Part shown: one piece after another, positions 18,401-25,109 of the stretch
How the letters are laid out: each line of letters opens with the position of its first letter
Numbering within the stretch: the stretch's first letter is position 1
Assembly (NCBI GenBank): GCA_047651235.1
Contig: CP178758.1
Coordinates: forward strand, 1,620,001-1,652,000
Length of the DNA: 32,000 nucleotides
Direction of reading: 5' to 3'
Origin: Candidatus Electrothrix yaqonensis
Lineage (GTDB): Bacteria > Desulfobacterota > Desulfobulbia > Desulfobulbales > Desulfobulbaceae
Position numbers and translations under genes: made by a program
Notes under the pieces: generated by a model
Told to the model about the DNA's origin: nothing
The model's input: only the letters and a program-made list of their open reading frames with translations
Databases searched by the model: none

Positions 18401-18469
18401 TTACTCGCCGGTTTCCTGGAGCATATCTTCCATTTTTTGCGACTGGGCATTCTGCAGGGCCTGGGTATC
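18401..18469 (-). pseudogene. remnant 3' end (22 codons plus stop) of a paralogue of the small lipoprotein gene at 19577-19816
   Basis: 18401-18469 aligns without gaps to 19577-19645 with 59/69 identical. The translations are DTQALQNAQSQKMEDMLQETGE* and ESQAMQNAQSQKMEDMLQESEE*. Homology stops abruptly at about 18470, where the AT-rich DNA begins. Confidence 0.75.
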
Positions 18470-18570
18470 ATATGCATGCGTATGTATCATGATCTCTAAT
18501 GCATATTTCATCTGGAGCGTCGATGTAGATGAAATTTTGAATCGTCATAATCTGTGTTTTATTACCAGAA

Positions 18571-18627
18571 GCCGAACGAGAAGCTCAGCCGCCGCGTTTA
18601 GCGGTCGGCTGGAGCGTTTTGTTATAG
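18571..18627 (-). other. attC (59-base-element) integron recombination site
   Basis: In the minus sense: CTATAAC-AAAAC-GCTCCAGC-CGACCGC-TAAAC-GCGGCG-GCTGAGC-TTCTC-GTTCGGC, that is R''/L''/L'/R' boxes. On the plus (bottom) strand this folds into a 13-bp stem with a 5-nt loop and two extrahelical bases (T18605, G18612). The site spans 57 nt. The ORF stop TAA lies inside R''. Confidence 0.8.
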
Positions 18628-19341
18628 CTTTTTACTTATTTCGGTTATTACCTTTTCTGATACTTTTTTAAAATTCATAAGAGAATATTTTTTAAGCCAT
18701 ACTGAATTATCAATTTGGGCAAGAATTAATAAATGTTCACCGTCCTCACTGACTTCTTTGTCAATTACAGACTGAATAGACTTCTCAATTTCAATATATT
18801 CATACCCGTTCGGTTTGATTAGCCCTATAATACAAAGGTCCTCATCATTAAGTTCTCCATCACCATTTGTATCATTTTTTACAACCTCAATGTATAGAGC
18901 TACAACAGGCTCATTCTTATCACCGTTACTTTTCTTTCTTAAATGTGAAAAGTTTCTAATGTAATTTGAGTGTTTTTCATACAACCAATGAGAATCTATA
19001 TCTGAGCCAACAAGAAATAAAATATTGCGAATTTGACCGCCAGAATAGCCAGATGAAAATTTGCCACCTGATCTTTTTGATTCAAGCCTGATATATTGAA
19101 CGTCATGGCCCTCTATTATATGGATACCTTCGAGAATAAGTTCAATTTTATTTGCATCCTCAGAATTCGAGTTATCGATCACTTCAAAGGTACGTCTATC
19201 CTGCCACTTATTTGATTGGAAAGTCACTATTAAGATCAGGAATAAAGCGCCAAATAATAAAAGAAGAAAAACAACAGAATTAATCCTATTGATTACTCTA
19301 AAAAAAATTAATTCTTCCATGTTTGATTCTCCAGGCTATAA
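18577..19341 (-). mobile_element. integron-type gene cassette (single ORF plus attC), 765 bp; no integrase in the window
   Basis: The boundaries are G|TT crossover points. The 5' boundary G|TTATAGC (19342-19335, minus sense) is the exact complement of the cassette's own R'' GCTATAAC (18628-18621). The cassette is very AT-rich compared with its flanks. A 21-nt leader carries a GGAG SD, and there is no internal promoter. Confidence 0.75.
18622..19320 (-). CDS. cassette-encoded hypothetical membrane-anchored protein with an EF-hand-like Ca-binding loop
   Basis: It has an N-terminal TM helix (VVFLLLLFGALFLILIVTF), a DTNGDGELNDED loop (DxNxDGxLxxxD), a GGAG SD 8 nt before the ATG, and AT-rich codon usage unlike its neighbours. 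Confidence 0.65.
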   Translation of the reverse strand: MEELIFFRVINRINSVVFLLLLFGALFLILIVTFQSNKWQDRRTFEVIDNSNSEDANKIELILEGIHIIEGHDVQYIRLESKRSGGKFSSGYSGGQIRNILFLVGSDIDSHWLYEKHSNYIRNFSHLRKKSNGDKNEPVVALYIEVVKNDTNGDGELNDEDLCIIGLIKPNGYEYIEIEKSIQSVIDKEVSEDGEHLLILAQIDNSVWLKKYSLMNFKKVSEKVITEISKKL

Positions 19342-19420
19342 CAGTATTAATAAGTGGAAACTTTCCATGCTATTGACAGTAATAGATTTCATGAATTTCC
19401 ACTTATTACGATATTGAGGC
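19336..19420 (-). other. degenerate attC-like imperfect hairpin ending in the cassette-boundary R' box
   Basis: In the minus sense: GCCTCAA(T)ATCG-TAATAAGTGGAAA...TTTCCACTTATTA-ATACT-GTTATAG. It has a 13-bp perfect outer stem plus bulged inner pairing, about 85 nt in all. The R''-like GCCTCAA is one change from the classic GCCTAAC. Confidence 0.45.
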
Positions 19421-19576
19421 GAAAAACGGGAAAACTTTTCCACTTATCACTTTTCGCCTCCATTTTTCCTCTTATCACGCTATACAGCAGCTAACATGGA
19501 ACCCGGAAAAAGTAATTCTGTTGATGAACCATATCCTTCATCCGCTTCAACCGGAGCGAAGCGCAACACCTTAGAA

Positions 19577-19816
19577 TCACTCCTCGCTTTCCTGCAGCAT
19601 ATCCTCCATTTTTTGCGACTGGGCGTTCTGCATGGCCTGGGATTCCTTGGCCTTATCCAAGGGTTTGTTGATATGCTCAACTGCCTTGGCCGCAACCTTA
19701 TCCGAAGCCTGCTCCACCACGCCTTTTTCGTCCTTGTCGCCGGAACAGCCGGTCAGCATAACAAAAGCAGCGAGGAACAGCAGAGTAAGGGAAGCTGAGA
19801 TGATTTTTTTGTTCAT
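19577..19816 (-). CDS. small lipoprotein (79 aa), helical and acidic
   Basis: MNKKIISASLTLLFLAAFVMLTGCSG is a lipobox (LTGC). Its 3' end is duplicated at 18401-18469. Confidence 0.65.
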   Translation of the reverse strand: MNKKIISASLTLLFLAAFVMLTGCSGDKDEKGVVEQASDKVAAKAVEHINKPLDKAKESQAMQNAQSQKMEDMLQESEE

Positions 19817-19838
19817 GGGGTTGTCCTCCTGTTGAGTT

Positions 19839-21767
19839 TCAGCTGATCCCTTTCAGCTTTTCCCTGACCGTCGGAAAAAGGCTCATGTCCGTATGCGGCA
19901 GAAAGAGAGCAGCCATATAATGCTGCATAAATTCCGGATTCTCGGAGAGTTCCATATTGGTCATCAGCCGATGTACCGCGACCCGGTCGCGGAAGCGGTT
20001 CACGTCGGAAAGGCTGATCCGGCAGCCGAGCATGGAGGCATTGCCGAGATAATAAAAATGCTCCCGGTCTACATCCGGCAGCAGGCCGATGGAGATAGCC
20101 CGTTCCAGGTCAATGTAGGCGCCGAAGTTCCCGGCCATGATCACCCGCTCCAGATCGGCAAAGGTCAGGCCCACTGACTCCAGCAGGGTCTGATAGCCCG
20201 CATACATGGCCCCCTTGGCCCGCAGCAGATTATCCAGGTCCACTTCCGTGATGACAATGTCCTCGCCGATCAGGGAATCCCGGGCCCAGGCCAGTACGTA
20301 TTCCCAGCCGTCCGCGCCTTCCCGAATGCGCGTGGTGTCCAGATTGCGCCGGAATTTGCCCTGCTGGTCAATCACCCCGCTCTCCAGGAGTTCGGCCACA
20401 ATGGCGATCAGGCCGGAACCGCAGATGCCGGAGGGCTTGATCCGGTCAATGGTCACGATCATCGGGTCAAAGGTTTCCGGATGAATCTGAAAATTCTCGA
20501 TTGCTCCGCTGGAGGCCCGCATTCCGTAGCGGATACCGCCGCCCTCAAAGGCCGGTCCGGCCGAACAGGCTGCGCAGACCATCCAGTCCTGATTGCCCAC
20601 CACGATCTCGCCGTTGGTACCGATATCGATAAACAGACTGACCTTGTCTGACTTGGCCATCCGGCAGGCATGGACGCCGGAAACAATGTCGCCGCCCACA
20701 TAGGAGGCCACGCAAGGATAAAGAAAAAGCCGCATGGAGGGATGGGCGTGAATCCCCAGATCCGCCGCTCTGGTCAGGGGAAACTGACTGACACTGGGCA
20801 CATAGGGTGCCTCCCGGATATATTTCGGCTCAAGTCCCAACAGCAGATGGGACATGACCGTGTTGCCCGCCGCCATCATGTAGGCAATATCTGCCGGAGA
20901 AATAATCAGCTCGCGACAGATGTCCTCGATGATCGTGTTGACGGTGCCGACCACCTTGTCCTGCAGGGCCTTTAAGCCACCGGGCCGCTTGGCATAGACA
21001 ATGCGGGAGATAACATCTTCGCCGCAGCTGATCTGACCGTTATAGCCGGAGGATTCGGCCAGAATCTCGCCGCTGACCAGATCGATCAGCACCCCGGAAC
21101 AGGTGGTGGTGCCGATGTCCACGGCCAGCCCATAGAGTTTTGCCGTGGTATCCCCCGGTTCAACATCAATGATCCGGAAGCCCTGTTCCTTGCGGCGGAG
21201 GAGCAGCAGGGTAACCTTCCAGTCCGCTTCGCGCAGGGTGGCAGGCAGATATTTAATCAGCTCCGGGTGATCATAGGACGGCTCTCCGACATGATCGGGA
21301 AACGCCTCTCTGATCCCGCGTAGAACCCGATCCATATCGGAAATATTATCCTCCAGAGTCGGCGGATCAAGTTCCAGATAGAGTTTACTCACCAGCGGCT
21401 TGATTTCCCATTCACCGATCAGGCTGTCCAAGGCTTTGGCCGAGATGGTCCGGGTGGTTTTGGGCTTGCGCTTCAGGGCCTTGCCGCTCTTGGAGGTTGT
21501 CTCCGGGATGGTCACCTCCAGGTCAGATTCCACAGCTGACAGGCAGGCCAGACGATATCCCCTGTCCCAGTCCTCCTGTTTGAGATTGGCCTTGTCCGAG
21601 CGCACTTCACCCTTATTTACCAGCACCTTGCATTTGCCGCAGACCCCGTCACCTCCGCAATAGGCATGAATATACACCCCGGTCTGGGCAGCAGCGTTGA
21701 GCAGGTTATCGCCTTTGTTGACGGTTACCGTGATGTTGTCCGGCAGAAAGGTGATGGTGTGCTGCAT
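19839..21767 (-). CDS. [2Fe-2S] ferredoxin-fused ASKHA ATPase (RACo / corrinoid reductive-activase-like, DUF4445 type)
   Basis: The N-terminal plant-type ferredoxin motif is CGGDGVCGKCKV ... C. The large C-terminal part has actin-fold motifs (DIGTTT, DIGTNGE). The length is 642 aa. Confidence 0.7.
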   Translation of the reverse strand: MQHTITFLPDNITVTVNKGDNLLNAAAQTGVYIHAYCGGDGVCGKCKVLVNKGEVRSDKANLKQEDWDRGYRLACLSAVESDLEVTIPETTSKSGKALKRKPKTTRTISAKALDSLIGEWEIKPLVSKLYLELDPPTLEDNISDMDRVLRGIREAFPDHVGEPSYDHPELIKYLPATLREADWKVTLLLLRRKEQGFRIIDVEPGDTTAKLYGLAVDIGTTTCSGVLIDLVSGEILAESSGYNGQISCGEDVISRIVYAKRPGGLKALQDKVVGTVNTIIEDICRELIISPADIAYMMAAGNTVMSHLLLGLEPKYIREAPYVPSVSQFPLTRAADLGIHAHPSMRLFLYPCVASYVGGDIVSGVHACRMAKSDKVSLFIDIGTNGEIVVGNQDWMVCAACSAGPAFEGGGIRYGMRASSGAIENFQIHPETFDPMIVTIDRIKPSGICGSGLIAIVAELLESGVIDQQGKFRRNLDTTRIREGADGWEYVLAWARDSLIGEDIVITEVDLDNLLRAKGAMYAGYQTLLESVGLTFADLERVIMAGNFGAYIDLERAISIGLLPDVDREHFYYLGNASMLGCRISLSDVNRFRDRVAVHRLMTNMELSENPEFMQHYMAALFLPHTDMSLFPTVREKLKGIS

Positions 21768-21880
21768 GAAGATTGCTCCGTTGGAATTACCGCGAACAGG
21801 AATTATTGATTAAATGGAGCTAAAAGTATACCACAGCACAGAGCGTCAGGCAATGCAGGAAAGGTGAAGGAATCGGCTGA

Positions 21881-21931
21881 AGGCAGGTTTCCGGGCAAGT
21901 AATTTGGCCTGCCTCCTTTTGTTGTTTTTTT
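21881..21931 (+). terminator. orphan terminator-like hairpin plus T-tract on the plus strand
   Basis: AGGCAGG (21881-21887), a 20-nt loop and CCTGCCT (21908-21914), followed by CCTTTTGTTGTTTTTTTG. No plus-strand gene lies upstream and the loop is unusually large. Confidence 0.25.
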
Positions 21932-22125
21932 GATTATATCGTGTTTTCACCCCGCAACGATTCCATTGAAACGATTGGCAAGGTTTGAAGGAGTACAATA
22001 TATTCGATAAAAGAGCGTTTATCCGTTGCCGGGCCAGGAATAATGGCCAGCTCCTCATGGGATTTGCCGGATGACTGTCGTTTCCGATCTTTAAAACTTG
22101 TTGAGTTAACTCGCTAAGTTTACCA

Positions 22126-23427
22126 TCAATCAATCGGTTGCTGCTGCTCAGAATACTGCAGTAACCGCAGTTTATTCTGAATCTTGCGGACGACATTATG
22201 ACACTCCCTGAGAAATATAGAGAACATCTGATCGGAAGGTAATCTTTCTTCGGTCAGTTCGTTAATAGCTTCTTTTTTCAAATCTTTCACCTGTCTCATG
22301 ATGTCGTTAAGCTCTTCAGGCGAATCAGACTCTGCCTGTTTTTGGTCCAGCGTGATGGCATTCTTCAGGAACTCGTCTATTCGGTCTTTCATCTCCTGTC
22401 GATGGCGTCTTTCCTTTCTTTTTCTGCACTCATGAATCTGCAGCCAGATAAAGTAAAATGCCGCAAGAAAGGCAAACAGGAGATCTTTCGCCCCTGCCCA
22501 GGCCTCCATACGATTTGCAAAGACCTCCATCCTGCGTAAGGGATTATAGTATTCCCTCGCATACTGATGTAACGGCAGATCCGACCATTGCCGTACCTCT
22601 TTCAGGGGAATGAGATCCGGGAAGTCCATCCGGATATCGGTTGTATATATAGTATCAAGGATTTCATTGATAAAACCCTGAGAGTTCTCGATCTTTTCGC
22701 TGTTCACGGCAAGAAGTGCGGTGTAGGCAAAGGTGTGAATCGTCCTGCCGGGCACTGAAGGATTCCGGGCAAACATTGCTTCCGGAATGGTAAATTCGGT
22801 CGTATACGCCTCGGACTGCGCCAGAGCCTGCACATAGGGAAGTTCGAGAAATCTGACTGCACCTGTGGCTGCCATTCGTCTCAAATTCGGGCTGCGCAGG
22901 CCCATAACGATAATTCCTGCCTCACAATTGCTGGACTCGGCAGTAAAAGATTCGTCTATTCTCTTGACGTCGAGTCCGTAAAATTCCAGCAGGGTATCAG
23001 ACGTTTCTTTTGTACCTGACAGCTTCGGGCCGGTACAGACATGCCTGTTTTCCAAGTCATACACGGATTGAATAGCCGATTCTTTTTTGGCCAGAATCAC
23101 CACCGGCTCATGGTACAGCGGAGCAATAATTCCTATGTCTGTACTCGGGAAAACAATCGACTGGAGCAGAGCAAGGTCCACCTTGCCCTCTTTAAGCAGC
23201 GTAAGATTTTCAATCGTCCCGACAGTTTCTTTATTCTCTGCTGGCCTCTTCTGTTCCTTGGATTCCAGTCGTTTTTCCAGCTCTTCCCCGAACTTATAGT
23301 ATTCTCCGCCTTCCGGGCCGCTCGCTATTTTGATCGGAGGATCAGATGTACAACCGGATAACCAGGCTCCGCCGGAACCGGCTATGAGCAGTACAGCAGC
23401 AAGGCGGACAATTATTTTTCTGTCCAT
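22126..23427 (-). CDS. lipoprotein with a TAXI/PhnD-like periplasmic solute-binding domain, a C-terminal TM helix and a cytoplasmic coiled-coil tail
   Basis: The lipobox is AWLSGCTS. GGEYYKFGEEL...VGTIENLTLLKEGKVDLALLQS resembles TAXI-family TRAP receptors. Next come the TM helix LLFAFLAAFYFIWLQI, then RKRKERRHRQEMKDRIDEF and a charged helical tail. Confidence 0.5.
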   Translation of the reverse strand: MDRKIIVRLAAVLLIAGSGGAWLSGCTSDPPIKIASGPEGGEYYKFGEELEKRLESKEQKRPAENKETVGTIENLTLLKEGKVDLALLQSIVFPSTDIGIIAPLYHEPVVILAKKESAIQSVYDLENRHVCTGPKLSGTKETSDTLLEFYGLDVKRIDESFTAESSNCEAGIIVMGLRSPNLRRMAATGAVRFLELPYVQALAQSEAYTTEFTIPEAMFARNPSVPGRTIHTFAYTALLAVNSEKIENSQGFINEILDTIYTTDIRMDFPDLIPLKEVRQWSDLPLHQYAREYYNPLRRMEVFANRMEAWAGAKDLLFAFLAAFYFIWLQIHECRKRKERRHRQEMKDRIDEFLKNAITLDQKQAESDSPEELNDIMRQVKDLKKEAINELTEERLPSDQMFSIFLRECHNVVRKIQNKLRLLQYSEQQQPID

Positions 23428-23485
23428 TCATGAGATACCGGTCTGATTTTGTCGGAAAGTTCGGCTCGTTCTGAATCGACCCGAA

Positions 23486-23971
23486 TTAGGATAAGGCCTG
23501 CAGGATGTTAAAAAAGCATTCTTTTTCCTCTTCATTGAACCGCCCGCCAAGCTCATAGGGATAGTGGGTAACTGAACTGGAGCCGATATCCATAATCACA
23601 TGCAGGAGTTCGTCTTTCAGCTCTTTGTTCATTTTACTGTCCCCGGTAAACAAAATCGGCTTGACCAGTTCACGCAGACTTTGTATGGATTCCGGATCCG
23701 GCCTCTGTTCAATATACGGTTCAATAAAGTCCCGGGCATCCTGAAGCTGCAGTACCTTACAGCCAGCACGTTCGTTCACGTTATTGACATGTTTTTCAAG
23801 AAAACTTTCAAGTATTTCGAGTTCTCCCTGTTGCGCCTGACCGTCGGCCCATATCATTTCTACGAGCAGGATAAGATCAACCAAGTATATTTTTTCACCG
23901 GTAATACCGAACCGCTTTAATCGCTCTACAGCTTCCTTACGAGAAATCTCACTGTGCTCCTGCATGGTCAT
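23486..23971 (-). CDS. TerB-like (tellurite-resistance TerB/DjlA-N fold) hypothetical protein
   Basis: It has a strong SD (AAGGAGG, 7 nt spacer) before ATG 23971. LILLVEMIWADGQAQQGELEILESFL matches the TerB-type ADG...E helix-pair pattern (recall only). It lies 58 nt upstream of the SBP-like gene. Confidence 0.4.
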   Translation of the reverse strand: MTMQEHSEISRKEAVERLKRFGITGEKIYLVDLILLVEMIWADGQAQQGELEILESFLEKHVNNVNERAGCKVLQLQDARDFIEPYIEQRPDPESIQSLRELVKPILFTGDSKMNKELKDELLHVIMDIGSSSVTHYPYELGGRFNEEEKECFFNILQALS

Positions 23972-24175
23972 GGGGTCGCCTCCTTTTTTAAATGTGTTCA
24001 CGACAAGTCAGGCTGTTAGCCTAACACGCTTCCTGAATGCGTGCAAATTGTTTTTGTGATTCCGGCGGACTCGCGATGATGCTGTGTCGGCCTGTACAGG
24101 TATACCCGGCATACTGTTTACGCAGAAAGGCAGCCCGTTGAATACCCGTTCCCGGCATAAAAAAATTTCCTCTGC

Positions 24176-24205
24176 TTGACGTGACACAGTGAAGGGGGGT
24201 ATAAT
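24176..24205 (+). promoter_or_regulatory. sigma70 promoter for the repeat-module gene
   Basis: TTGACG (24176-24181), an 18-nt spacer and TATAAT (24200-24205), about 90 nt upstream of ATG 24294. Confidence 0.5.
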
Positions 24206-24293
24206 TAATTCTGAAAATTTAAAGTAATTATTATCAATATGTTGCAAAGGTCGGTTCGTCCCGGAACAGTACGGAACAATATTTTTCAACAGA

Positions 24294-24923
24294 ATGAGAA
24301 CTATGAAAACGATTTTTGTCTTATGCCTTTTTCAGTTTTTTTTCGTCACCCAGCTTCCGGTAATTGCACTTGCTGAAAATGTCAGCAGTATTATTGACTG
24401 GTCGGTGAGCAAAACATGGACGATATCGTCAGCTCCGTCAGATTTTTCCGTGTCCTTTGATAAAAAAAAGATATTTACCTTGGAGGATGACCAGAAAGTA
24501 CATATATATGCTGATTCCTTTAACGGCAGACGGCTGGGCACTATCGATGTCGCGCCGGGCACCGTGGCGTTTGATATTGCGCCGCGCGGAGAAATGCTGT
24601 ATCTGGTGGACAGCGCCAAAAACTATACGGCTATCAGTATAGATTATAATAAACAGAATGATACTGTTGCGAACTGGTCGGTGCAGCATACCTGGAAGAC
24701 GGATGCCCGCCCCCTTGATATTGCCCAGTCGATTGACAAAAAATTCGCCTTTGTGCTGGAAGATGACAACAGAGTGCATGTCTATACTGTTGCCGGTGTA
24801 AAAAGAAAAATTATTTCAGTCAGCACCGGTACAATCGCCATTGATATCCCGTCCCGGAAAAATATCCTCTGCCTCATTGACCGCTACCGCCACTACATGT
24901 CCATACATTTTCCCCGGCTGTGA
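24294..24923 (+). CDS. secreted protein made of two copies of an ~80-aa beta-propeller-blade-like module
   Basis: A signal peptide is followed by aa 35-117 and aa 127-209, which align (WSV..TW...D...S.DKK..F.LEDD..VH.Y...G....I.V..GT.A.DI..R...L.L.D). A third copy is in the next gene. Confidence 0.6.
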   Translation: MRTMKTIFVLCLFQFFFVTQLPVIALAENVSSIIDWSVSKTWTISSAPSDFSVSFDKKKIFTLEDDQKVHIYADSFNGRRLGTIDVAPGTVAFDIAPRGEMLYLVDSAKNYTAISIDYNKQNDTVANWSVQHTWKTDARPLDIAQSIDKKFAFVLEDDNRVHVYTVAGVKRKIISVSTGTIAIDIPSRKNILCLIDRYRHYMSIHFPRL

Positions 24924-25109
24924 GCCTGTGCTCCGCAAACGACCGATACGGTTCCGCCCCGGAAACCGTTGCTTCGGTGAATTCAGGAGAGAAAGCAGCC
25001 GCTCATCTTGCGGAATATTTTCGCGGGGAGTATAGTATCTGTTCTGTATCCATATCTGTAGTATCTGTAGTTCATTCAGTCTATCATCAAAGATAATAAG
25101 GAGAAAGTA

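Noticed and set aside
19500-19577. A possible attC directly downstream of the intact small lipoprotein gene (TTCTAAG ... GTTAGCT, minus sense, about 19497-19576)
   Set aside because: R''/R'-like heptamers are present, but the intervening sequence does not fold into a convincing L''/L' dyad (only a 6-bp GATGAA/TTCATC stem). It was left as unresolved rather than called.
21846-22196. A 116-aa minus-strand ORF in the intergenic region between the RACo-like and SBP-like genes
   Set aside because: It overlaps the 3' end of the SBP-like gene, has no SD and gives a low-complexity basic product. The perfect palindrome GAGTTAACTC inside it has no loop, so it is not a hairpin.
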